Notes: a model not told the origin generated them from the sequence alone. DNA of 63,825 bases, filler included, from 7 parts of 7 records of this genome joined end to end with filler, not necessarily neighbours in it; one strand, 5' to 3'. Positions 39,248-49,203 are shown, counted from the whole stretch's first letter. A program made the numbers and translations.

Positions 39248-40360
39248 ATGAAGCATATTCTTGGGGGTTTCATGTCCGATATCACGCCAGAACGCGGCGC
39301 GTTCAATCTGTTGAACAATTGCGCACAGGCGAAAAGTGGCGATCGTTTGCTAATAGTTTACGAACCGGCAAGCTATGGCTATTTCGATGAACAGGCGGTT
39401 GATGTTGTTTGCAACGCGGCAAGAACCCTAAATCTGTTTGTGGATACACTGGATGTCGGGTTCTCGCCTGATGCGCCGACACTCACGCCCGAACTCCTTA
39501 GCAAATTCGAGCATGCCGACATCGTTCTGTTCCTAGCACGCCTTGGCGATCAATTGCGGTTCTCGGAAATGCCTCAGGGGAAAAAGGTCATCGTTAGTTT
39601 TGCCCTTACCCAAGAACTGTTCGGATCGGGATTTAGCAATGGCCATCACGATGCATTTCTCGCGTTGAAATCGCAGGTCAACACGGTCTTGGAGCAGGCG
39701 AAAGAGGTGCGCATGACCTGCCCCGCGGGGACAGATGTATTCGGCACACCGCAGATGGATCTGAGTGCCGCAGGGGACACGTCGGTCTTGCGATTTCCGA
39801 TGTCTGTCTTCACGCCAGTCCCGGCGCACAGCTTTTCGGGCCGAATTGCGTTGCCCGGGTTTTTGACCGGAACAGGGTCGCGGTATTACGACCAATACAC
39901 CGTTGAATTTGACGGTCAGGTCTTTGCGCATATGGAGCAGGGGCGTTTGACCGGTTTCGAGGGGGCCGCGTCAGATGTAGCCGTCGCGAATGCGCAGTAT
40001 GATCGCGTGTCCGACTTGTTTGGCATCGACCGCAACTTTGTCCATTCTTGGCATGCTGGGCTTCATCCCGGATGCGGATACCCATGGGATCTGCGCGACA
40101 ACTACGAACGCTGGGGTGGGGCGGCCTTTGGGAACCCGCGTATCATGCATTTTCACACCTGTGGGGCCTATGCGCCCGGTGAAATCAGCTGGAATGTCAT
40201 CGACCCAACAATCGTTGTTGATGGCACGACCCTGTGGGAGAAGGGGCAGTTCCATGCACACCGTTTGCCCGGTGGCGCACAGATCTTGGCCCAGTTCCCC
40301 TGTGCTGCGGCCTTGTTTGAAGCCCCTGACAGGGCTATCGGGTTTGCACACAGCGCCTAA
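39248..40360 (+). CDS. M29 aminopeptidase/NicX-like fold metalloenzyme with atypical ligands
   Basis: LEQAKEVRMTCPAGTD, MEQGRLTGFEG, HSWHAGLHP, HFHTCG, DPTIVVDG...WEKGQF. Confidence 0.6.
   Translation: MKHILGGFMSDITPERGAFNLLNNCAQAKSGDRLLIVYEPASYGYFDEQAVDVVCNAARTLNLFVDTLDVGFSPDAPTLTPELLSKFEHADIVLFLARLGDQLRFSEMPQGKKVIVSFALTQELFGSGFSNGHHDAFLALKSQVNTVLEQAKEVRMTCPAGTDVFGTPQMDLSAAGDTSVLRFPMSVFTPVPAHSFSGRIALPGFLTGTGSRYYDQYTVEFDGQVFAHMEQGRLTGFEGAASDVAVANAQYDRVSDLFGIDRNFVHSWHAGLHPGCGYPWDLRDNYERWGGAAFGNPRIMHFHTCGAYAPGEISWNVIDPTIVVDGTTLWEKGQFHAHRLPGGAQILAQFPCAAALFEAPDRAIGFAHSA
39719..39733. repeat. Palindrome variant TGCCCCGCGGGGACA inside the 370-aa gene
   Basis: CCCCGCGGGG core plus ACA. Confidence 0.6.
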
Positions 40361-40391
40361 AGCGGCGCACCCCCGCCCGGATAGGTAACAT

Positions 40392-41804
40392 ATGGCCCGT
40401 ACGCTGACCCGAGATCTGACGATCGGACCGATTTCGTCCCATTTCCGCAATCTGGCTCTGCCCGCGGCGTTGGGGATGTTGTTCAGCACGCTATACAACG
40501 TGGTCGATATCTATTTCGCTGGGTTGCTGTCGACGAATGCGCAAGCCGGGCTCGCGCAGGGGTTTCAGGTTTTCTATATCTTTGTCGCCGTGGGGTTCGG
40601 ACTTGGTGCCGCGATGAGCGCGCTGGTGGGCAATGCCTTGGGGCGCAAAGACAGCCGGGCGGCTCGGCGGCTTTCTGTGCAGGGGCTGAGCTATGGGATT
40701 ATGGCCTCGGGGCTGCTTGGGTGTGTTGGGTTTTGGCTTGGGCCCCAAATTCTTGCGGTGTTGTCAGAACCCGGTGCCTATCGCGCAGCAGGAACGGGGT
40801 ATTTTCGGTGGCTCTTGCTGGCTTTGCCGGGGTTTCTGCTGGCCTATGCCTGCAACGGCGTGCTTCAGGCGCAGGGGGACAGTACATCGATGCAGCGGGC
40901 CTTGATGGCGGCGTTCTTTGCCAACATCGGTCTGAATCCCTTGTTGATTTGGGGCATCCCGGGGATCTGGTCGGGGATAGGGTTCAATGGAATCGCTGCG
41001 TCCACAGTGCTGAGCCAAACAGGCGTCATGATTTATTTGCTGCGTCAGGCGCTAAACTCGCCTGCTCTGGTTGGTCTGAGACGGCGCAATTTCATTCCGG
41101 TCTGGGCGTCAGTGCGCGAGATTTCGGTGCAATCGGTGCCCACCACATTTGCCCTGTTGATCATGTTTCTGTCCGGATTCGTGGTGCAATACGCGCTGAA
41201 AGGGTTCGGGGAACACGCTATTGCGGGCTTTGGCATTGGCCTGCGGGTGGAACAGATTCTGTTGTTGCCTGTCTTGGGCATGACAACGGCGTTGCTGCCC
41301 ATCCTGTCCCAGAATCTTGGCGCAGGCGAATTTGACCGTGTCCGACATGCCCTGCATTTCTGCTGGAAGATCGGCGCGGTGATCACATTGATCGCTGCCG
41401 CGATCCTTTGGACATTTGGGGCTGCAATACTGGGCCTGTTTACAACCGATCCCGAAGTGATCCGTGTTGGGCTTATATATCTCAGGATCGATAGCGTGAT
41501 CCTGCCGCTGTACATGATGCTGTTCTCGATCAATTCGCTGCTACAGGCACTGAAACGCCCTGTTTGGAGCGTTTGGATTGGCCTCTACCGCCAAGGGTTT
41601 GGGATCGCCTTTTTCGCTTGGATCTTTGTGGGGGTCTGGGGATTTGACGAAGCTGGGGTTTGGTACGGGACGGCGGCGGCGGTTAGTTCTGGCTGGGCGA
41701 TTGCCATGGTCATTGCGGCACGACTGGCGCGCAAGGACATCGGCGGGCTTTGGACCGGATCAGCTGAGCTGGCGTCTGCTCAGACGACCCATTCCAACAG
41801 GTAA
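40392..41804 (+). CDS. MATE family efflux transporter
   Basis: DLTIGPI, LYNVVDIYFAG, QAQGDS, NIGLNPLLI, QNLGAG; about 12 TM. Confidence 0.92.
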   Translation: MARTLTRDLTIGPISSHFRNLALPAALGMLFSTLYNVVDIYFAGLLSTNAQAGLAQGFQVFYIFVAVGFGLGAAMSALVGNALGRKDSRAARRLSVQGLSYGIMASGLLGCVGFWLGPQILAVLSEPGAYRAAGTGYFRWLLLALPGFLLAYACNGVLQAQGDSTSMQRALMAAFFANIGLNPLLIWGIPGIWSGIGFNGIAASTVLSQTGVMIYLLRQALNSPALVGLRRRNFIPVWASVREISVQSVPTTFALLIMFLSGFVVQYALKGFGEHAIAGFGIGLRVEQILLLPVLGMTTALLPILSQNLGAGEFDRVRHALHFCWKIGAVITLIAAAILWTFGAAILGLFTTDPEVIRVGLIYLRIDSVILPLYMMLFSINSLLQALKRPVWSVWIGLYRQGFGIAFFAWIFVGVWGFDEAGVWYGTAAAVSSGWAIAMVIAARLARKDIGGLWTGSAELASAQTTHSNR

Positions 41805-42709
41805 AGCGTCAGTGGAATTGTGGCAACGGCCGCAAGCGTTTGCAGGGTCACGATGGCCGCCATCATGGGCGCGTCCCCCCCAAGTTGGCGCGCCAGTGTG
41901 TAAGACGAAGCCGCCGTGGGCGACATTGCATAGATCACCGCTATGATCAAAAGGGTCGGGGGCAGGCTGAACATCAGCCCAAGGGCCAGAACGACGGCCG
42001 GGAAAATCATCATTTTCCCTACAAAGGCCAAAAGCAGGGCGCTCGCGCTGGCGGCCATATCTTTGACGCGCAGGTTTGCCCCAACCGCCAGCAACGTGAT
42101 GGGCAAAGCAGACAAGCCAAGAATACGTGTGAGTTCGTGTAAGACCGGGATTTCCGTGCCGATGAGCTGATTGACCGCCAAAGCAAGGGTAATCGAGATG
42201 ATATGCGGGTTCCTGATCAGGTCCCGCAGGATCGCCAGGGGCAGATTCGTACGCTGCCCGGGTTGCAAGGCTGTCACAAGTAGAACGACCATGACCACAT
42301 TCGTCACCGGGATCAGGATCGCAGACGCCAGAATGGCAAATTCGAACCCAGATGGGCCATACAAACTGGCGGACAGGGCAAGGGCGACAAAAGCGTTGTT
42401 GCGCGCGCACCCTTGCAGGATCGAGGTGCCTTGCGCCGCCTTGAACCCGCCCATCCATGCAACCGCGACGCCAAATACAACGGCCACAAAAAAGCCGGTG
42501 ATCAGGGTGATCGCATAGGGGATCAGGTTGGGGTTGTTGAGTTCTGCAAGAGAGACCTTGTTGAACATCAGGCAAGGCATAAGAACCCAATAAACCAGCT
42601 TGTCATTGACGTTCCAAAACTCGGTGCTTGGGATGCCGCCTTTACGAAGCGCCAAGCCCAACGCGATGATTAGGAAAATGGGCAAGATAGAGGTCAGCGT
42701 TACCAGCAT
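41780..42709 (-). CDS. AEC (auxin efflux carrier) family transporter
   Basis: ILPIFLIIALG, YWVLMPCL, RNPHII, PTAASSYTLARQLGGD. Confidence 0.9.
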   Translation of the reverse strand: MLVTLTSILPIFLIIALGLALRKGGIPSTEFWNVNDKLVYWVLMPCLMFNKVSLAELNNPNLIPYAITLITGFFVAVVFGVAVAWMGGFKAAQGTSILQGCARNNAFVALALSASLYGPSGFEFAILASAILIPVTNVVMVVLLVTALQPGQRTNLPLAILRDLIRNPHIISITLALAVNQLIGTEIPVLHELTRILGLSALPITLLAVGANLRVKDMAASASALLLAFVGKMMIFPAVVLALGLMFSLPPTLLIIAVIYAMSPTAASSYTLARQLGGDAPMMAAIVTLQTLAAVATIPLTLYLLEWVV

Positions 42710-42866
42710 TTGCAGGTCCCATGCATGAGAGGGGTCTGATTTTCTGTACGCTTCTGCCCAAGACTTGGCGAGGGTAAAAGTGCGGCGCGTTTTGGGTCGC
42801 AATTGGCGGTTTATTTCACCTCCATTTGCCCTAGTGTCGGGGAAATCTTGAATCGGGAGGACAAGC

Positions 42867-43745
42867 ATGAGCGACCATGGATACGAGGGCGGACGGTTGA
42901 ATTTACCGTTTGTGGGGATCTGTACCTTTGCCAAAGGCGAATATGTCGCCGATTGGGATAAGATTGACGCCGATGTTGCGGTGCTGGGTGCGCCGTATGA
43001 TTTTGGGTGCCAGTGGCGATCAGGGGCGCGGATGGGCCCACGTGCAATTCGCGAGGCATCGACGCTGTTTTCCTTTGGTCATGGCGGGGCTTATGACTTT
43101 GAGGATGACATCACCTATCTCCCAGCCGAAAGCACCAAGATCGTGGATATCGGCGATGCAGATATCATTCACACCGATACGATGGGCAGTCATGCCAACA
43201 TCGAAAAAGGGGTGCGTGCGATCCTGAAAGCCGGGGCGTTGCCGGTGGTTTTGGGGGGGGATCATTCGATCAACATCCCTTGTATCAATGCGTTTGATGA
43301 CCAAGAGCCGATCCATGTGGTGCAGATTGATGCGCATCTCGACTTTGTCGACGAACGCCATGGTGTCCGCTATGGGCACGGCAACCCCATGCGTCGTGCC
43401 GCTGAAAAGGACTATGTGACCGGGCTGACCCAATTGGGTATTCGCAACGTGTCTTCGACTGCAAAAGAAGGGTACGAAGATGCCCGCGCCATGGGATCAG
43501 ACATCCTGTCGGTACGCCATTTGCGTAAAATGGGTGTTGAGTGGGTGCTGGAGCGTGTGCCAGCCGGCAAGAGGTACTACGTCACCATCGACATTGATGC
43601 CTTTGATCCCTCGATCGCGCCGGGAACGGGAACACCCAGCCACGGTGGGTTCATCTATTACGAAGTGCTGGAGTTTCTGGACGGTCTGACTCAACGCGGC
43701 GAGATCGTCGGCATAGATCTGGTCGAGGTCGCGCCGGATTATGAC
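42867..43745 (+). CDS. speB: Agmatinase-family ureohydrolase (3' truncated)
   Basis: GGDHSI, DAHLD, HGNP, DIDAFDPSIAPGTGTP, DLVEVAP; actual substrate unverified. Confidence 0.8.
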
Positions 43746-43845
43746 NNNNNNNNNNNNNNNNNNNNNNNNNNNNNNNNNNNNNNNNNNNNTTAATTAATTA
43801 ANNNNNNNNNNNNNNNNNNNNNNNNNNNNNNNNNNNNNNNNNNNN

Positions 43846-45112
43846 TGATCAAACCAATGTACATGGCCATGTACAACAACACGGTGAATGCCAGCAACTG
43901 GGGCGGGTGCTGGGCCACCACATCGGCAGTGCCCAGCACGCCGTACACCACATAGGGTTGACGACCAATTTCGGTGACCCACCAGCCAGCCACCGTGGCC
44001 ACCCAGCCCGAAAACATCATGAACATCAAAGCGGTCAATATGAGTCGATGGGTTTTGTTTTCAAGCACTGGGCCTGTTTTGCGGAAGGCCCACACCGAGG
44101 CCCAAGACACCAGCAACATCAACACTCCCATCCCCACCATGACCCGGAAGGAATAAAACACAGGACCCACTGGTGGGTGAGTATTGAGAAAATCATTGAG
44201 CCCTTTGATTTCGCCGTCAAAGTCGTGCGTCAAAATGAAACTGGCCATTTTCGGTATGCCAATTTCAAAATGATTGGTACGCGCTTCGCTGTCGGGAATG
44301 GCAAACAACAGCAGCGGTGCACCCTTCTCGGTCTCCCAAACGCCCTCCATGGCCGCCACTTTGGCAGGCTGGTGTTTCAAGGTGTTCAATCCGTGCAAAT
44401 CACCCACAAAAATCTGGATTGGAATCAGTACGGCAGCGCCATAAACACCCAGCTTCAACATGTGGCGAGTGAAAGGCTTCTCACGTTTGCGCAGAATTTG
44501 AAGTGCGCTACCGCCCGCAATCACAAAGAACACAGTCAAGCCGCTGGCCAGCAACATGTGCGTGAAGCGATACGGGAAAGACGGGTTCCAGATAATTTCC
44601 AGCCAATTGGTGGCGTGCATCTGGCCATCAATAATTTCGAAACCCTGCGGGGTTTGCATCCAGCTGTTCAGCACCAGAATCCAGAAAGCCGATAAGGTGG
44701 TGCCAAATGCCACCAAAAAGGTGGCCAACAAATGAACCTTGGGCGACACCCGCTGTTTGCCAAACAACATCACCCCCAAAAACGTTGCCTCCAAAAAGAA
44801 CGCGGTCAGCACTTCGTAGCCCAGAAGGGGGCCAGAAATGTTTCCGGTTTTCTCCATGAATCCCGGCCAGTTGGTGCCGAACTGAAAACTCATGGTGATA
44901 CCCGAGACCACGCCCATGGCGAAGGTCAGCGCGAAAATTTTTGTCCAGAAGTAATGGGCCTGCTCCCATTCCGTTTTGCCAGTGCGCACATGCTGCAAGC
45001 GCAGGTAAAACATCACCCAGCCCAGGCCGATGGTGATGGTTGGAAACAGGATGTGGAAAGTAATATTGGCCGCGAACTGGATTCGGGCAAGATCAAGCGA
45101 CGTGAATTCCAT
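43846..45112 (-). CDS. cydA: Cytochrome bd / cyanide-insensitive (CioA-type) ubiquinol oxidase subunit I (3' truncated)
   Basis: ARIQFA...FHILFP, FQFGTNW, NSWMQTP, QPAKVAAMEG, EIGRQP; short Q-loop. Confidence 0.93.
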
Positions 45113-45228
45113 GCAGCACCCCACGAAAGCAACTGAATACAAACAGCCATGGCATGAATATGACCATAATTAGCTACATGCAGTCTGTCAAATTGGTTTG
45201 CTCAATGAAGCACTGCACAACGCGTACA

Positions 45229-46434
45229 ATGCCCAATCCCCTCGCACTGGAAGCCAGTTTTGTGATCAACCGTCCCATGTTTTTACTGCTTGCAGCACTC
45301 GCCGCATTTGCCCCGCTGGCAATCGACCTGTATTTGCCAAGCTTTGCTGCAATCAGCGAGGAACTGCAGGCACCCGCAGGGCGCGTACAACAAACTGTGA
45401 CCGTGTTTCTGGCCGGGTTTGCCATGGGCATGCTGTTTTATGGGCCACTCTCCGACCGGTTTGGGCGCAGGCGAATGATCTTTGCCGGGACCACCTTGTT
45501 TGTGTTGGCCAGTGTGGCCTGCATGCTGGCGCAATCCATCGAGCAATTGCTGGCGTTTCGACTGATCCAGGCCTTTGGAGGTGGGGCCGCTGCGGTCATT
45601 TCGCGTGCTGTCATTCGGGACCTGTTTGGCGAGACAGACTCCGCCCGAGTCATGGCCATGATCGCCATGGTTACCTCGCTGGCACCCATGATTGCGCCAC
45701 TTCTTGGCGCGTATATTTTAGAGCTGGGTTCATGGCGTTACGAATTTCTCGCCCTGGCGCTATTTGGTGCCGCATGCACCATCGCCGCCTACCTGTTACT
45801 GCCCGAAACACTAAGCCAAACCCGCAGTCAAACTTCCATTTCCTTGGCCTTTCGGGGTTACTGGACGGTATTCCAACACAGCGATGCACGCCTGTTGATT
45901 ATCTCAGGCGGAGCGCATTTTGCCGCCATGTTCGCTTACATCACTGGCACGCCATTCGTGTACATCGAATTTTTCGATTTGAGTGAAAAAACCTACGCAG
46001 TGCTGTTTGGCTCCAACATATTGACACTGATTGGTTTTGGCTATGCCTCCACACGCTTGGTGAAACGCACAGGCACCACACCGCTCATTAAAGCCGGTTC
46101 AGCCTTGGGTTTACTCGGTGCCCTTGTGGTATTGGCCAGCGCCTGGAATGCAGGCACAGACCACTGGAACCTGGGTCTGATGGTGATCGGCTTCCTGATG
46201 TGCGTAGGATCATTGGGGTTTGTTGCCCCCAACACCACCGCACAATTGTTGGGCAAGCACCCTAAAAACGCGGGTGCGGCCTCGGCCCTGTATGGCTGCG
46301 CACAGTTTGGTTTGGGAGGATTGGCCAGTTGGGCTGTTTCGGTAGTGCACGACGACACCGCTTTACCCATAGCAGCCGCTGTGGTGGCCTTTGTTGCACT
46401 TGCATGCTGGGCCAGCTTTCGACTGAAACGCTGA
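45229..46434 (+). CDS. Bcr/CflA family MFS multidrug efflux transporter
   Basis: AIDLYLP, GPLSDRFGRR, RAVIRD, LPETL. Confidence 0.9.
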   Translation: MPNPLALEASFVINRPMFLLLAALAAFAPLAIDLYLPSFAAISEELQAPAGRVQQTVTVFLAGFAMGMLFYGPLSDRFGRRRMIFAGTTLFVLASVACMLAQSIEQLLAFRLIQAFGGGAAAVISRAVIRDLFGETDSARVMAMIAMVTSLAPMIAPLLGAYILELGSWRYEFLALALFGAACTIAAYLLLPETLSQTRSQTSISLAFRGYWTVFQHSDARLLIISGGAHFAAMFAYITGTPFVYIEFFDLSEKTYAVLFGSNILTLIGFGYASTRLVKRTGTTPLIKAGSALGLLGALVVLASAWNAGTDHWNLGLMVIGFLMCVGSLGFVAPNTTAQLLGKHPKNAGAASALYGCAQFGLGGLASWAVSVVHDDTALPIAAAVVAFVALACWASFRLKR

Positions 46435-46583
46435 ACTTTTCATTGTAAGCACAAAATTATTGCCATTGTGTTTAATCAACCGCGAAATTGGCATGAAAAT
46501 TGGACTTTTTGGTCCCTTTACGGTATGTTGTGTCACGAATTTATTCTGCCCAACAACCCAAACACACATTTTTGCACTGCCAT

Positions 46584-47453
46584 ATGGCCGACACAAAAGC
46601 CCAAAGTGGCGAGAACCAGCCCGACGTGGCTTGGCTCGAGAGCCAGTACAACGTCCGCTCTTACCTGCCCGATCACCCCAAAACTTTTGCTCGCTGGGCC
46701 GAACAGTCCCGCTACGCCCGTTTTGATCTGGATGGGTTCTGGAACCAGTACTTCGGTGAATCGGAAGCAGAAACCGTGGATGTCATTCCAGGCAAGCCCG
46801 GCAAGCCACTGTTGATTTTTATCCACGGCGGATACTGGCGCTCACTGGACAAATACGACTTCACCTTTCTGGCCAAGCCTTATGTGGCCCGGGGCTATTC
46901 GGTGGCACTGCTGAATTACGGCCTGATTCCACGCGTGACGATTGAAGACAGTGTTCGCCAAACCTTACGCGGCATTGAGTGGCTGTATCGCCAGGCGGAT
47001 CGTTTTGGTTTTGATGCCAACCAGATCGTGGTGTGCGGACATTCGGCTGGTGGGCATTTGGGTGTGATGAGCGCGTTGGCGTTTTGGCCCCTTTGGGCCT
47101 CCGACCTGCCACAAGACGTGGTGAAGTCCGTGATTGCCATTTCGGGCATTTACGACCTGAGCCCCTTGGTGCACACACCTTTCATCCAGAAAGACCTGAA
47201 GCTGAATCAGAAGCGCACCCGCATGGTTAGCCCGGCCTTGATGCCCAAGCCCACCATTCCAGTGCACCTGGCCTTTGGCACCAAGGAAACCGATGCCTTT
47301 AAGGAACAAAGCGCTTATTTGGCATCTCACTGGGGCCTGAACCCACCTTTGCAGGTCAATGCCGATCATTTCAGCATTTGCGACAGCATCGCTGATCCAA
47401 ACAGCGAACTGTTCATGCTGATTCAAAACCAGTTGCTGTTGCCATCTCACTAA
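46584..47453 (+). CDS. Alpha/beta hydrolase (arylformamidase/esterase-like)
   Basis: HGGYWRSLDK, GHSAGGHL, SGIYDL, DHF. Confidence 0.88.
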   Translation: MADTKAQSGENQPDVAWLESQYNVRSYLPDHPKTFARWAEQSRYARFDLDGFWNQYFGESEAETVDVIPGKPGKPLLIFIHGGYWRSLDKYDFTFLAKPYVARGYSVALLNYGLIPRVTIEDSVRQTLRGIEWLYRQADRFGFDANQIVVCGHSAGGHLGVMSALAFWPLWASDLPQDVVKSVIAISGIYDLSPLVHTPFIQKDLKLNQKRTRMVSPALMPKPTIPVHLAFGTKETDAFKEQSAYLASHWGLNPPLQVNADHFSICDSIADPNSELFMLIQNQLLLPSH

Positions 47454-47555
47454 GACAGCGCTAGAAACTGAACGGGTTATTCCCCCATGTTCGGTAAACT
47501 GCTTTTCAGGCTGGTGTCGTATAACTAAACTGTACACACCAGCCTGGAGGCAACA

Positions 47556-47852
47556 ATGCCCCTCACAATCGCCTATTCCAACGCCGCCGGTTCATTGGGT
47601 CGGCGTTACCCCGATGGTCAAACACTGATGCGCAAACGTACACTTCGCCAAACCGTGAAGTTGTTCAAAGTCGGCGCCGAAGTGCTGCTGAACACCGCGC
47701 CAGCCACTGTGATTGCCTATAACATCGCCGAGTTTGGACGCTGGATATCAACAAGTCACCCGGTGCTGGTTCAACTGCACAGCGGCGAGCTTCAATATTG
47801 CCGTTTAAACGACCTGCACATTGCTGAAAACCCGAGCATGCAGACCCACTGA
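47556..47852 (+). CDS. Hypothetical protein (98 aa)
   Basis: GGAGG RBS; fills the gap between co-directional genes. Confidence 0.6.
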   Translation: MPLTIAYSNAAGSLGRRYPDGQTLMRKRTLRQTVKLFKVGAEVLLNTAPATVIAYNIAEFGRWISTSHPVLVQLHSGELQYCRLNDLHIAENPSMQTH

Positions 47853-47872
47853 AGCTGACTATAATCCGGGGG

Positions 47873-48772
47873 ATGAACTCAACATTCCCCACACCCAAAA
47901 CCATTGGCTTTATTGGCCTTGGTAACATGGGGTCCGCCATGGCGGCCCACCTTTGCAATGCGGGCTACACTGTGCTGGCCTGGGCGCGCAGCGCATCCAC
48001 CTTCCAAGCACTGGCTGACATCCCTCTTGTTGCGCAACCGAGTATTGAAGCCCTTTGCGCAGGTACACGCCTGCTTGCTTTGAATGTCACGAACACCGCG
48101 GATGTTCAATCGCTGCTGTTTCGCGATGGCGGCCTTGCGCAACATGCACAGCCTGGTTCGATCATTGTGGATTTCAGCACCATAGATGCCGCTGCTGTGG
48201 CCGACATCGCACGCCAATTAAAGTCCCGCGACATTGATTACATTGATTGCCCTGTCTCTGGCGGCGCTGCGGGCGCGCGCGCTGCAACCTTGAGCATGAT
48301 GGCAGGCGGGGATTTGGCAGCCTTCAATCGGATTGAGCCCATGCTCAAGCATTTGGGCAAGACCATCCGGCATGTGGGGCCTTCGGGTGCAGGTCAAGCC
48401 ATTAAAGCGGCCAATCAAATGGCACTGTGCATTCAATTGGTGGGCATTGCCGAAGCCATGAATTACGCACTGGAGCAAGGTGCTGAATTGAGCGTGGTAC
48501 TTGAGCTGCTGCAAGCCGGATTGCCCGCGAGCCGTGTATTGGATTGGGCTGGCCCCCATATGGTGAAAGGTTTCACCGACCCGGTTTCCATTGAGGCGCA
48601 CCTGCACGCAAAAGATGTGCGCATGGTGGCGGATGCAGCGAAGAAGCAGGGTTTGCACTTGCCGCTGTTGTTTAAAACCGCAGAATTGCTGGATGAACTG
48701 GTGGTCAATGGACCTAAAAGTCAGGACACGTCGAGAGTTTTTGAGGTGGTTCGCAAGCACATGCGAGCCTAG
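47873..48772 (+). CDS. NAD(P)-dependent beta-hydroxyacid dehydrogenase family protein
   Basis: IGFIGLGNMG, DCPVSGG, GQAIKAANQ. Confidence 0.92.
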   Translation: MNSTFPTPKTIGFIGLGNMGSAMAAHLCNAGYTVLAWARSASTFQALADIPLVAQPSIEALCAGTRLLALNVTNTADVQSLLFRDGGLAQHAQPGSIIVDFSTIDAAAVADIARQLKSRDIDYIDCPVSGGAAGARAATLSMMAGGDLAAFNRIEPMLKHLGKTIRHVGPSGAGQAIKAANQMALCIQLVGIAEAMNYALEQGAELSVVLELLQAGLPASRVLDWAGPHMVKGFTDPVSIEAHLHAKDVRMVADAAKKQGLHLPLLFKTAELLDELVVNGPKSQDTSRVFEVVRKHMRA

Positions 48773-48835
48773 CGGCAAGCCGAACCGCTGAACAGCCGTA
48801 CCGCTCGAGCTGGCGCATCAACAAGCAGCGTAGCC

Positions 48836-48991
48836 GCACTGTTTGGGCTTGGCGCAGCCCGAATTCTCCCAACTAACCCCCTGGCTTGGGTCATGCAAAG
48901 CGCAATAGCGCCTTTGCATCGATTCCTCGCGGAATCGCCCCGCGCTGCGAGGTCGTTGGGCGGGCTGGCCTGAACTCGCCCCGAACAGCGC
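48836..48991. repeat. Nested multi-stem palindromic intergenic element (REP/MITE-like or structured RNA)
   Basis: Several nested complementary arm pairs and two internal hairpins (detailed in findings). Confidence 0.55.
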
Positions 48992-49203
48992 TCCATGTGC
49001 AACTTGTAAAACGCTGCGGCAAGTTGCGTGATGTACGCAATGTGCAAAATGTGTGCTTAGCTTTTCGGTGTGCGGTGTGCAGATTTGCTCAGGTGCGCGT
49101 GTGCTTGTTGCAACAGGCACTGCGCTCCGAACAAATCAACCACGCCACACACCCAAGCCACACCGCATAAACGAACAACGCAGCATACCCAAACCATGCA
49201 GCA

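Noticed and set aside
34517..39733. Palindrome resembling part of a type I-E CRISPR repeat (GTTCCCCGCG...GGGGA)
   Set aside because: Copies are hundreds to thousands of bp apart, mostly inside genes, with no regular spacers and no cas genes; not a CRISPR array.
42710..42866. Possible guanidine riboswitch upstream of the ureohydrolase
   Set aside because: No tandem ACGR-loop hairpins or other recognisable guanidine riboswitch features seen.
48769..49203. Short ORFs between the dehydrogenase and cysB (possible cbiX)
   Set aside because: No HGS chelatase motif, no RBS, conflicting frames; better explained as a non-coding structured element.
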